Assembly: GCA_964554375.1 (NCBI GenBank)
Contig: CAZKOL010000005.1
Location: 2,859 to 66,858, forward strand
Direction: 5' to 3'
Length of the DNA: 64,000 nucleotides
Origin: an uncultured Dehalococcoidales bacterium
GTDB taxonomy: Bacteria; Chloroflexota; Dehalococcoidia; GIF9; UBA5629
The notes beneath the pieces are model-generated. The model ran no database searches. It was not told the DNA's origin and saw only the letters and a program-made list of their open reading frames with translations. Positions 43,674 through 52,072 of this stretch are shown in pieces. The number at the start of each line of letters is the position of its first letter. Position 1 is the first letter of the stretch. Made by a program: the position numbers and the translations under genes.

Positions 43674-43973
43674 TCACAGTTCCACAATAGTCGCGCCGGT
43701 GCTGCCTTCGTAGCGGTTGCCCCTGCGAAAGGACTTCACAAGGGGGTGACGCTTAAGTTCACGCATTACGGCCTGCCGGAGTATGCCCGTCCCCTTTCCA
43801 TGTACTATACGCACCTCTTTCATACCTGTCATAAATGCGTCATCTAAATACTCGTGTATCATAGGCATGGCTTCATCAACAGTCAAAGCGTGCAGGTCGA
43901 GCTCCGGGATGATACTTAATTCTCCGGCTGAAGCACCGTTACCCTCAACATAGTCCTGCCTTTTACGTCCCAT
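43674..43973 (-). CDS. Smr (small MutS-related) domain protein
   Basis: 'LDLHALTVDEAMPMIHEYLDDAFMTGMKEVRIVHGKGTGILRQAV' is a canonical Smr domain. The gene starts 6 nt after the tilS stop. Confidence 0.85.
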   Translation of the reverse strand: MGRKRQDYVEGNGASAGELSIIPELDLHALTVDEAMPMIHEYLDDAFMTGMKEVRIVHGKGTGILRQAVMRELKRHPLVKSFRRGNRYEGSTGATIVEL

Positions 43974-43979
43974 TCGACA

Positions 43980-45410
43980 TCATTCCGCCCTGTGAAAATC
44001 CAGCCGCAGCACGGCCTGAGTGGAGGCAGTGACTTTGACGCGGTCATCGATGCGCCACCCGACAACCCAGATCACCTGTTCCGGAGAACACACTATAGGC
44101 ACACTGGCGCGCCAGGAGCGAGGTATGGCGGTGTCAACCATGAAATCCTGCAGCTTGCGGCTGTGAGTCATACCCAGTGGATGAAAGCGGTCCCCCGTCC
44201 TGCGGCCTCTCACCGTCAACCGGCTGCCAACCCTGGCCAGATCAAAGCTGGCGCTGAATATGTCATCATCCTTGAAGAAATTCTCATTCATGATGGTAGC
44301 CGACACCTGCCAGCCAGGCAGTCTCGTCTCCCCCGGTATATTCAGCACGTAGTCACAATCCAGCACCGGCCAGGGGCAGGCTGCTGAGCCCGGAGATGAC
44401 ATGACCATACGATTGCGCTCGTTGGCAACAATCATCCCGCCCGGCAGATATACGCTCCTGCCTGTATCTGAAAATAGAAGCCTGACCAGGGCATTGATGT
44501 GTGCAGCTTCGATATTCTTCAGGCTCTTATACTCCCGCCCAAGCATGGTGCGGAAAACCCTCCGCTGCAGCGCCAGCGGCAGCCCCCGCAGCTTGCCTGA
44601 ATCGACGCATGTCAGGCATCCTTCGCTGGTAACAACTGCGCTGCAGATAGCGGCAGCCTGTTCATCTATAAAGTCGGCATCCTCGCCTGCCAGGTCGGCC
44701 AGCCGTAACAGCGCGCTGTCTATATCTGCATTGTATTGCCTCAGCAGTGGTATCAGCTCGAGACGGATCCGGTTGCGCAGGAAGCGTACCTGCTTATTGG
44801 ACGTATCTTCTCGTGGATGCAGGTCATGCGCAGTGCAATACGACCCGGTCTCCTGCCTGGTGATTTGCAGCAGGGGTCTGATCACCCAAATGCCATCCTC
44901 CCTGTTCCCATAGGGTATATGCGCTGCCGCCTTCAGTCCGCGCAGGCCCTGTATGCCGGAACCACGAAGTAAGTGCATCAGCGTAGTCTCCACCTGGTCA
45001 TCTTGCGTATGTCCGACTGCCACCCGCTTGGCCCCGGTCTTGCGGGCCACGCTTTCCAGGAAACGGTACCTGACCTCGCGTGCGGCTTCCTCCAGGGAGG
45101 TTTTGCTCTTCTTCCGCCATTCGGCCACGTCCCTTTTTTCGATCGTAGTGGAGATGCCGAGGGCCGCTGCCACGCTCTCAACGTAGCCGGCGTCTGCCCC
45201 GGACTCATCGCCTCGCAGTCCATGGTCAAGGTGGGCTATATGCAGTTGAATATCCAGCGTTTTACTGAGGTTATTGAGCACATGAAGCATGCAGACCGAG
45301 TCCGGGCCACCCGATACCGCCACCAGCACCTTCTCACCACCTGACAGCAGCCCGTATTCCCTGATAAAACCGCTTATGCGTTTTTCGAGGGTATTACTGC
45401 TGTATGGCAA
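43980..45410 (-). CDS. tilS: tRNA(Ile)-lysidine synthase
   Basis: PP-loop 'VLVAVSGGPDSVCML'. I prefer the TTG start at 45410, which follows AAGGAGAG with a 6-nt spacer and lies 2 nt after the upstream TAA. The ORF track GTG lies at 45434. Confidence 0.88.
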   Translation of the reverse strand: MPYSSNTLEKRISGFIREYGLLSGGEKVLVAVSGGPDSVCMLHVLNNLSKTLDIQLHIAHLDHGLRGDESGADAGYVESVAAALGISTTIEKRDVAEWRKKSKTSLEEAAREVRYRFLESVARKTGAKRVAVGHTQDDQVETTLMHLLRGSGIQGLRGLKAAAHIPYGNREDGIWVIRPLLQITRQETGSYCTAHDLHPREDTSNKQVRFLRNRIRLELIPLLRQYNADIDSALLRLADLAGEDADFIDEQAAAICSAVVTSEGCLTCVDSGKLRGLPLALQRRVFRTMLGREYKSLKNIEAAHINALVRLLFSDTGRSVYLPGGMIVANERNRMVMSSPGSAACPWPVLDCDYVLNIPGETRLPGWQVSATIMNENFFKDDDIFSASFDLARVGSRLTVRGRRTGDRFHPLGMTHSRKLQDFMVDTAIPRSWRASVPIVCSPEQVIWVVGWRIDDRVKVTASTQAVLRLDFHRAE

Positions 45411-45412
45411 GA

Positions 45413-46129
45413 TTATCTCTCCTTTAGATGACACGTGTCGCTGAGCAACAGCAAGCGTGGCTGGCAGCCATCAGCAAATTCCAAAATAGTCCGGCTGCTG
45501 GGCTGAATACGCACACGTACCAGGTGGGTAAGAGGCATACCGAGTGCTGTGCACACAACCGTGGCGGTTACGAAGTAGTGGGAGACAATCACCACACTAC
45601 CCCCGGGATTGGCCTCCACAATCCGCATGACCACTGTCCACACCCTGTCCCTGAACTGGCCAAGATTTTCGCCTCCCTTAAAGTCAACAGCGTCGCCCTT
45701 GGTCTGCCAGTCCACCAGGAACTGGCTGAAATTCTGGCCGAAAGTATCAAGGGACATGCCCTCCATTTCACCTACATGAATTTCCCTCAGGTCGGGCTCG
45801 GGGATGACCTTCAGATTATGTGGGCCTGCCACGGCGGCAGCGGTATCCATAGCGCGCTTGAGCGGGCTGGAATATACCATTGTAAGGGGCACATCTTTCA
45901 TGGCCAAGCCCAGGCTCTCAGCTTGCGCCTTACCTTTCTCGCTCAGGTCGGTGTCGCTGCCGCTGCCCTGGATGATGCGCTGCTGGTTCCAGGTAGTTTC
46001 CCCGTGCCTTATCAGGTATAGTTTAATCGCGCTTCTCCTCGTTTCTGGATAACGGCCTATTATATTGCTTAAAGTTGTAAATTTAAAATGGCAGCTGGAT
46101 TTAAAAAACACGCCCCTTGTGGACAGCAT
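45413..46129 (-). CDS. Histidine phosphatase (phosphoglycerate mutase/CobC-like) family protein; true start probably at 46027
   Basis: 'KLYLIRHGETTWN' is the RHG catalytic motif and there is a second His in 'VIVSHY'. The maximal ORF adds 34 atypical residues and contains a promoter-like TATAAT and a GAGGAG SD just before an in-frame ATT. See the finding at 45413-46129. Confidence 0.8.
   Translation of the reverse strand: MLSTRGVFFKSSCHFKFTTLSNIIGRYPETRRSAIKLYLIRHGETTWNQQRIIQGSGSDTDLSEKGKAQAESLGLAMKDVPLTMVYSSPLKRAMDTAAAVAGPHNLKVIPEPDLREIHVGEMEGMSLDTFGQNFSQFLVDWQTKGDAVDFKGGENLGQFRDRVWTVVMRIVEANPGGSVVIVSHYFVTATVVCTALGMPLTHLVRVRIQPSSRTILEFADGCQPRLLLLSDTCHLKER
46059..46087 (-). promoter_or_regulatory. 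Sigma-70-like promoter candidate inside the annotated N-terminal extension of the histidine phosphatase ORF
   Basis: Read on the minus strand: TTTAAA (46087-46082), a 17-nt spacer, then a perfect TATAAT (46064-46059). About 18 nt further downstream comes GAGGAG (46040-46035). Confidence 0.4.
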
Positions 46130-46153
46130 AGGAGCGTTCCTTCAGGTGCGCCC
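46129..46153. repeat. Second copy of the 25-mer ...CCTTCAGGTGCGCCC repeat
   Basis: taggagcgttccttcaggtgcgccc compared with taggggcttaccttcaggtgcgccc at 43597. The 15-nt core is identical. Confidence 0.6.
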
Positions 46154-46161
46154 GTTAAAGC

Positions 46162-46803
46162 TCACGTGAAAATGAGCTTCGTTCTTTCGATAGAGGATGG
46201 CGCCCCTGAAATACCCAGTGCCCTGATGACCTGCTCCGGCCTGCCCGAACCCGATGAGTCGCAGCGCAGCCGCATGCCGATGGTGTAGACAGTATCTTTT
46301 TCCCCGGCCACCCACAGATCATCGAGCAGTGGCCTCAAATCATAAAAACGTTCGCCGGTGTCGCGGGTATGGTGCCAGGGCAGCGTGTCCAGCGCCAGCA
46401 GTGATTTCAGTGAGCCCTCAAGGTCCATGGTCCCCGGCCGGGACTCAACTTCAACCTCGTACTCTGCGAAGCGAAGCCGTGACTGCAGCGACGGGGCCTC
46501 GAGGCTGACCGGCTGGATATCGATTATCGAGATGCCGTCAGGCAATTTAGGGGCAACCTTTTGAAGGAGATTGCCAGGTGTGGTGCGCCGGTCCAGGAAA
46601 ACATCCATCAGCTCAGCCTTACTGGTAACACCCAGAGCCAGAGGAGCGGCCAGGGATATCCTGGGGTGAGGGCTGAAACCCTCTGAGTAGACTATTTCTA
46701 CACCCGCCCTGCGAAATATGCGCTCCCAGAGCCTCATCAGGTCGAGATGTGAAAGGAACTTGATCTGTGGTCCGCGGCCGAACTTAAGGCGCAGACGGTG
46801 CAT
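46162..46803 (-). CDS. DUF2344/TIGR03936-type radical-SAM-associated protein
   Basis: 'RLRLKFGRGPQIKFLSHLDLMRLWERIFRRAG...YSEGFSPHPRISLAAPL' is typical of the family. The start is the ATG at 46803, which overlaps the CNNM gene 3' end by 20 nt. The ORF track extends to 46980. Confidence 0.75.
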   Translation of the reverse strand: MHRLRLKFGRGPQIKFLSHLDLMRLWERIFRRAGVEIVYSEGFSPHPRISLAAPLALGVTSKAELMDVFLDRRTTPGNLLQKVAPKLPDGISIIDIQPVSLEAPSLQSRLRFAEYEVEVESRPGTMDLEGSLKSLLALDTLPWHHTRDTGERFYDLRPLLDDLWVAGEKDTVYTIGMRLRCDSSGSGRPEQVIRALGISGAPSSIERTKLIFT

Positions 46804-48061
46804 TCTTTTCCCTGGTAATAGTAATGCGCTCGATCTTGCGGTGGACGATCTCGGTGATGGTAATACGGAGGTCACGGTACCTGAAATGCTCGCCCTTTTT
46901 CGGAATGCGGCCGAGGTGGCTGAGGATAAAGCCGGCCACTGTATCGTATTCACCCGCAGGGAGGTCCAGATCAAGCTCATCGTTGGCCTCCTCCACCCTT
47001 AGACCGCCGTCAACATCGTAGGTATTGGCGTCGATGGGGATGATTTCCTTTTCGTTGGCGACCATCTCATCCCCGATACTGCCCATAATCTCGGATGCCA
47101 GGTGCTCAAGATTGGCGATACCCGCCACACCGCCGAATTCATCTATAGCAATAGCCATGTGGAAGTTGTGGTCGCGCATCTCGGCCAGCACCTCGCCCAA
47201 CCTCTTGGTTTCGGGCACGAAATAGGCCTGGCGAACGAGGCCGTCAACAGGGTCAGTGTTCTTTATCTCCCCCCTTGCTATGGCCATCAGCACGTCCTTG
47301 ACCGTCAGCATACCGGTTACGTTATCCATGGTTTCATGGTAAACCGGGAACCTGGAGTGGGGGTGCTCGCTATAAGTCTTGAGGAACTCCTCCAGCAACG
47401 TGCCTTCCTCGATAAAGGATATCTCGGTGCGCGGCTGCATCACGTCGCTGACCGGTCGGTCGGGGAACTCAAAAGCCTTGTGTATCATGTCGGCTTCTGT
47501 CTCCTCCCAAACCCCCTCGGCCTCACCTACGTCTATTGCAGTACGTATCTCAGCCTCATCCACGGTCATCCTTGCCGCGCCGGCATCGGTGACCATACGG
47601 GTGAAGCCGGCGCCGATTTTATTCAGCACCCAGACGAAAGGATAAAGCACCCAGATAAGAAGCTGGACAGGTATGCTGTAGGCCAGCGCCATCTTCTCGG
47701 AGTTATGGGCGGCAACGGTCTTTGGTATCACCTCGCACAGCACCAACACCAGGAGGGTGATGCAGATGGTTGCCACCAGCGCGCCCATGCTGGGGCCCAA
47801 AAAGCCCACAGCAATCACGGTGCCCAGGGACGCGGCTGCTATATTGACCATGGTGTTTCCCAGCAATATGGCAGAGAGGAAGATGCCGGGCTGTTTCTGG
47901 AAGCTATCCAGGATATCTGCAAACTTGACGTCGTTGCTGAGCAGGTGCTTGACCCTTATCCTGCTCAAAGAAACCATGGCCACCTCGGCGCTGGCAAAGA
48001 ATGCAGACAAAAGGAGGCAGATGAAAACTAATATAAAATATAGGGTACGTTCGCTATCCAT
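46784..48061 (-). CDS. CNNM/CorC-family transporter (DUF21 + CBS pair + CorC_HlyC)
   Basis: 'SAFFASAEVAMVSLSRIR' is the DUF21 start. It is followed by four TM helices, a CBS pair and the C-terminal 'GEHFRYRDLRITITEI...' CorC domain. Confidence 0.88.
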   Translation of the reverse strand: MDSERTLYFILVFICLLLSAFFASAEVAMVSLSRIRVKHLLSNDVKFADILDSFQKQPGIFLSAILLGNTMVNIAAASLGTVIAVGFLGPSMGALVATICITLLVLVLCEVIPKTVAAHNSEKMALAYSIPVQLLIWVLYPFVWVLNKIGAGFTRMVTDAGAARMTVDEAEIRTAIDVGEAEGVWEETEADMIHKAFEFPDRPVSDVMQPRTEISFIEEGTLLEEFLKTYSEHPHSRFPVYHETMDNVTGMLTVKDVLMAIARGEIKNTDPVDGLVRQAYFVPETKRLGEVLAEMRDHNFHMAIAIDEFGGVAGIANLEHLASEIMGSIGDEMVANEKEIIPIDANTYDVDGGLRVEEANDELDLDLPAGEYDTVAGFILSHLGRIPKKGEHFRYRDLRITITEIVHRKIERITITREKNAPSAP

Positions 48062-48187
48062 ATGATGCCCGTTCGTCCCGGGCTTAAGCTATAATATCAT
48101 CCGCTATCTACACAGTCAAAGTTTTCGGCTGCCCGGCCTGGCGACCACATGTGGTTAAAGAGTCATAGCCAAACGTGATAGAATTAT

Positions 48188-48613
48188 ATGGCGATGCAGG
48201 TCGATTTCGCCTTTATCTGCGATTATGCTGAGGCGACCAACAAGGTCAATGCGCTCGGCATAGGATTCGATACCATTATGTCAGGCCGGGTACCTGTCCG
48301 GCACCCTAATTTCTTTCTGGTAATCCAGCTGCGCGCCAATATCGTTGAGGCGGGTGAGAAGAATTTCGAGGTACACCTCATTGATGAAGATGGGAAGGAG
48401 ATAATTCCCCCCATCAAAGGCAAGCTCAATATACCCAGGCCTCCGGCGGGAACGGAGAGCACAGGCCGCATAGCTATGCGCTTCGACAGCGTGGAGTTTC
48501 CCAAGTTCGGTACATACTCCATGCACGTGCTGGTCGAGGGGCACGAGATGAGCAGGATACCGCTGAGGGTAGCCCAGGCGCCCGGACCACCACAGAATTT
48601 GAGCCCCGCCTGA
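48188..48613 (+). CDS. Hypothetical soluble protein (141 aa; possibly DUF6941-like)
   Basis: 'DFAFICDYAE...KVNALGIGFDTI...HPNFFLVIQL...FEVHLIDEDGKEI...FPKFGTYSMHVLVEGHEMSRIPLRV' resembles an uncharacterised beta-sandwich family. The family name is from memory only. Confidence 0.5.
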   Translation: MAMQVDFAFICDYAEATNKVNALGIGFDTIMSGRVPVRHPNFFLVIQLRANIVEAGEKNFEVHLIDEDGKEIIPPIKGKLNIPRPPAGTESTGRIAMRFDSVEFPKFGTYSMHVLVEGHEMSRIPLRVAQAPGPPQNLSPA

Positions 48614-48619
48614 TCTCTG

Positions 48620-48847
48620 TTAAGAGCCGCGTTTGGCATAATCAGGGCACCAGACTGCATTCGGCCGTGCAGGCTGGTGGCATGCGCCGCGCCAATCGTA
48701 TTTACAGGAATCGCAGAGTATGACCTTCATGCCCAGCGCCTGTTTGACGCTGATCTTGAGATTGTCGAACCACGAAGGCTTCAGTTTTTTCCGTCCGGGC
48801 ATGATCCATGAGTTTACTTCTTGGGCCGGCAGGCTGTCAAAAACCAT
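48620..48847 (-). CDS. Small Cys-rich hypothetical protein
   Basis: 'VILCDSCKYDWRGACHQPARPNAVWCPDY' contains four Cys and one His. The start is ambiguous (ATG at 48847 or 48802) and there is no clear SD. Confidence 0.4.
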   Translation of the reverse strand: MVFDSLPAQEVNSWIMPGRKKLKPSWFDNLKISVKQALGMKVILCDSCKYDWRGACHQPARPNAVWCPDYAKRGS

Positions 48848-48893
48848 CTACCCGTTGTAATATATCTGTTATCGCATATATCAGGAGGTGGTT

Positions 48894-49553
48894 ATGGCAC
48901 ACTGGGAACACCGCAAGGAGAGCAACTGGGCCAAATTCGTCTTCAATCAGCCATACCAGGCGGGTTTGAGCCGTCTCAAGGGAGAGGTGCTGGGCAAAAC
49001 AGATTTCGACCCGGCCACGCTCTGGCAGTGGGGGACCATGCAGGCCATGGCCGTCATCCAGATACTGAAAGACTGCGAAAAAGAGCTCGGCGAGCAGGGA
49101 CAACAACTGGTCAGCAGGTCGCTACGCAGTGTCGGCCACGATGTGGGGACTCAGCTTTTTGCTGGATTGAAGCAACCTCAGGGCTTAAGTGAAGCTGAGT
49201 TGGTCAGCTTCTTTGCCACGGTGGTCAACCGCATAGTGTATTCATCGCTGGAGGCGCCGCGCATAGATGCAGCTGACAGGATCAGCTTCGACATCACCTG
49301 GTGCCCGCACCAGGACCATTATTCCGCTTTCGACTGCCGCGTCCAGCGCTATCTGGTGCAGGGGATGCTTGAAGCGCTCTTCGAGACCGGCTGGATCAGC
49401 AGCGACTGGCAGGTCAAGTTCACCTGCACCATCCCGGCCGGCGCGAGGGTCTGCACATTCACAATGTGGAAGGCTACGGGACTGGAGAAAGCCGAGTGGG
49501 AGCTATATACAAAAAAACTGGAGCAGCGGGCGCTGATGCTTGAAACTCTTTAG
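48894..49553 (+). CDS. Hypothetical protein, possibly L-2-amino-thiazoline-4-carboxylate hydrolase-like
   Basis: SD AGGAGG lies 5 nt before the ATG at 48894. The C-terminal 'ISFDITWCPHQDHYSAFDCRVQRYLVQGM...KFTCTIPAGARVCTFTMW' has a Cys pattern that recalls the ATC-hydrolase family. The function is tentative. Confidence 0.45.
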   Translation: MAHWEHRKESNWAKFVFNQPYQAGLSRLKGEVLGKTDFDPATLWQWGTMQAMAVIQILKDCEKELGEQGQQLVSRSLRSVGHDVGTQLFAGLKQPQGLSEAELVSFFATVVNRIVYSSLEAPRIDAADRISFDITWCPHQDHYSAFDCRVQRYLVQGMLEALFETGWISSDWQVKFTCTIPAGARVCTFTMWKATGLEKAEWELYTKKLEQRALMLETL

Positions 49554-49627
49554 CGATTATCCCAAGGTTTTGAATATACAGCCACGGATAAGGACAGTTC
49601 AGTAGGCCGGGAGGGCTCGGAGGGGCA

Positions 49628-49656
49628 TTGACAGCCACATGTTAATGGAATAGCAT
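49628..49656 (+). promoter_or_regulatory. Sigma-70-like promoter candidate upstream of dctP
   Basis: TTGACA (49628-49633), a 17-nt spacer, then TAGCAT (49651-49656). Confidence 0.3.
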
Positions 49657-49692
49657 TGCAGCCAAGTGCGATGATGGATGATAATCGCTTAG

Positions 49693-50739
49693 TTGAGGCA
49701 AAAAGAGCATGATAACTTGTTTAACTTGAAGACTGATTTATACATTTTGTTGGCGGGATTAGCGCTCACCCTGTGCGGTTGCTCTCCGGCGTCGGTATCG
49801 GATATCCCGGCTCGCAATTGGAAAATGAGCGTTGTGACCAACGAAGATTCGTCGTGGACCAAGGGGGCGCGTTTGTTCGCTGATCTGGTCAAACAGCGAA
49901 GCGGCGGTCAGATACAAATAACCGTTTACCCCAATGGCGAGTTGGCGGGTGGAAACCAGCTAAAAGAACTGACCATGCTGCAAGATGGCAGCATTAATTT
50001 TACCTATCACTCCAATTTACTTTATACAAACCTTGACCAGTCGTTTGCGGCTATCTCCATGCCGTGGCTGTTCACAGACTATTCACAGGTTGATGCGGCA
50101 CTTTCCGGGCCCGCCGGTAGTCAACTGCTGAAGGCAACAGAAGCTCAGGGTATAGTCGGCCTCGCCTACGGCGAGAACGGTTTCCGCCAGTTGACCAACG
50201 GCAGACTCGCTGTCCGTGCGCCCGATGACCTGCGCGGTTTGAAAATCCGTATCCCTGATGTCGAGCTTTATAAGTCGATCTATAAAGCGATGGGGGCTAT
50301 CCCGATAACGATGAACTTCGGCGAGGTTATCGGCGCACTCAAGCAGGGGCAAATCGACGGCCAGGAGAACCCCATAGACATTATTGTGTCCTCCAAGCTC
50401 TACGAGGTCCAGAATCACATCACCGTCTGGAATTACTCCTACGATGCCCTCATCTTGGGAATGAACAAGAAGGACTGGGACGGCTTACCCGGCACTGCCC
50501 AGGCAATCATCAAGCTGGCAGCAAGCGAAGCTTCAAAGGAACAGGTAAGGCTATCACGCGATGCCGCTCGGACCCAGTTGAGCCTGTTGCGTGATAAGGG
50601 CATGATTATAACCGAACTAACACCCGGCCAGGTCAAAGCATTTCGGGCGACCACAGACCCGGTGTATGCGGAATGGTCGAGCAAAATCGGGCCCACTATT
50701 GAGAAGTTTCAGGAGAACCAGGAGTTTATCCGTGAGTGA
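49693..50739 (+). CDS. dctP: TRAP transporter substrate-binding lipoprotein DctP (orphan)
   Basis: Lipobox 'LTLCGC' plus 'GLAYGENGFRQLTN' and 'MNFGEVIGALKQGQIDGQENP', which are DctP-family blocks. The start is uncertain (TTG at 49693 or 49726). No dctQ/dctM is nearby. Confidence 0.8.
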   Translation: MRQKEHDNLFNLKTDLYILLAGLALTLCGCSPASVSDIPARNWKMSVVTNEDSSWTKGARLFADLVKQRSGGQIQITVYPNGELAGGNQLKELTMLQDGSINFTYHSNLLYTNLDQSFAAISMPWLFTDYSQVDAALSGPAGSQLLKATEAQGIVGLAYGENGFRQLTNGRLAVRAPDDLRGLKIRIPDVELYKSIYKAMGAIPITMNFGEVIGALKQGQIDGQENPIDIIVSSKLYEVQNHITVWNYSYDALILGMNKKDWDGLPGTAQAIIKLAASEASKEQVRLSRDAARTQLSLLRDKGMIITELTPGQVKAFRATTDPVYAEWSSKIGPTIEKFQENQEFIRE

Positions 50740-50891
50740 AACGGAGTAATGGGAATACCAAGAACCCACAGGTAACAAAAATCTGGTACACGGTATCCCG
50801 GTCGCTCTGCAGGGCCGGCCTGCACCCGAAAGCGGCCTGCGTTACAACCAGCAATGCAATTGCAGTGATCAGGCTTCTTTTATTCCGATCC

Positions 50892-52046
50892 TCATTGCAC
50901 TTTGAAAGGAAGGACAACTCTTTCTTCCCCGTTTAAGAGCAATTTAACCTCGTAATCACCCTTAGGAAAATTGTCTTTGCCCCTGGTCAATATTACGACC
51001 GGCTCATCCGTGCCACTTATTGAGAATGCATCCTCTTTGATCGTGTAATTGTCCACGCCGGCCTCATCGCTTCGAACAATTATCCACTGAACGCTCATTG
51101 GCGTTCCCGGAGGCGCTTTATAAATTTTAACCTTGAAGATGATTTCTGTGTTATCAGCCGGGAAACGCGCGGCTAAATTAGCAATCTTCTTCTCGCTGTC
51201 TTCATAAGCAAAAGTGGCTGCCCCTCCGATATAAAGCGCAGGGACATCTGCAGGATCTACCACCTTGAAATCCAGGCTCACCTGCTTCGTATCTCCAACA
51301 TAGATGCCGACACTGTAATCACCTGTGGGAAAATTTTTACCCTCCGCCCTGCTTATGGCAAAGCTCACATATTCCCTGCCTTCAACCTTGGTAATTTCTT
51401 CGGCAACCGTCTTGCCCTTAAAGCTTTCAAGTTCTCCACCCGTATATACCCAGCGGGCCGTCACCTGATCGCTGAAATCGGCCCCGCTGACTTTCACCGA
51501 GCAATAAATGCTCGGGATATCAGAGGGAAATATGTTAACACTGCCAATCGGTTTCTCGGTTAACAGGTCTATGCTGGAACACAGTGTCGCATCGCTTGAA
51601 ATCGCAGTAGAGGATGCTGCCTCACCCTGCACCTGAAAAGGAACGGACTGCACAAACTTATTATCCAAATATAGTTTGACCTGATAATCACCCCGGGGCA
51701 GCAGCATTTCAGAGCGGGCAAAGGCAAAGACCGCATAAGGCGCATCTGCCGCAGCTTCCTCGCTCCCTATGAGGGAATCGGATAGGCCGGCCTCTTCGCT
51801 CTTGACCACGTACCACTCTGCTCTGACTGTTGACTTTGCCGACGGCGCGTTCAGCTTGACCGAGCAATAAATGGTCTTGATGTCCGGTGTAAAGTTGTCG
51901 GTCACCATCAACGGCTCACCGGTTTTGGATACGGCGGAGCAAATGACCGCCTGCTCGATGGCAGGCTGGCTGATACAGCCGGCAAGTAGCAGCGGCGCCA
52001 GGGCTATAGCCATCAGTATGTAGATATATAGCCTATTTGTTTTCAT
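50892..52046 (-). CDS. Lipoprotein with three ~95-aa repeated beta-rich modules
   Basis: Lipobox 'LLAGC'. Three modules each run '...IYCSVK...W........FP.GDY.V.LY....V..PFKV(Q)'. The DNA is low-GC. Confidence 0.65.
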   Translation of the reverse strand: MKTNRLYIYILMAIALAPLLLAGCISQPAIEQAVICSAVSKTGEPLMVTDNFTPDIKTIYCSVKLNAPSAKSTVRAEWYVVKSEEAGLSDSLIGSEEAAADAPYAVFAFARSEMLLPRGDYQVKLYLDNKFVQSVPFQVQGEAASSTAISSDATLCSSIDLLTEKPIGSVNIFPSDIPSIYCSVKVSGADFSDQVTARWVYTGGELESFKGKTVAEEITKVEGREYVSFAISRAEGKNFPTGDYSVGIYVGDTKQVSLDFKVVDPADVPALYIGGAATFAYEDSEKKIANLAARFPADNTEIIFKVKIYKAPPGTPMSVQWIIVRSDEAGVDNYTIKEDAFSISGTDEPVVILTRGKDNFPKGDYEVKLLLNGEERVVLPFKVQ

Positions 52047-52072
52047 CTCAACAGGTTCTCCTTAATTTCAAA

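Noticed and set aside
47102-48031. 309-aa plus-strand ORF inside the CNNM gene. Similar cases: 20868-21815 opposite the FGGY kinase, 38502-39287 and 6719-7573 opposite PAS genes, 30398-31198 opposite hypF, and 61553-62197 opposite the ABC genes.
   Set aside because: All are fully embedded antisense to well-supported genes. They lack an SD and have His/Arg/Gly/Leu-rich shadow-frame composition. I treat them as high-GC shadow ORFs.
50726-50936. Two overlapping ~65-aa ORFs on opposite strands (50726-50917 on the minus strand, 50736-50936 on the plus strand) in the dctP / lipoprotein gap
   Set aside because: Neither has an SD. Their composition is odd, they overlap each other and the neighbouring gene ends. 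The region looks like a non-coding convergent 3' spacer. It contains the 10-nt palindrome TGCAATTGCA.
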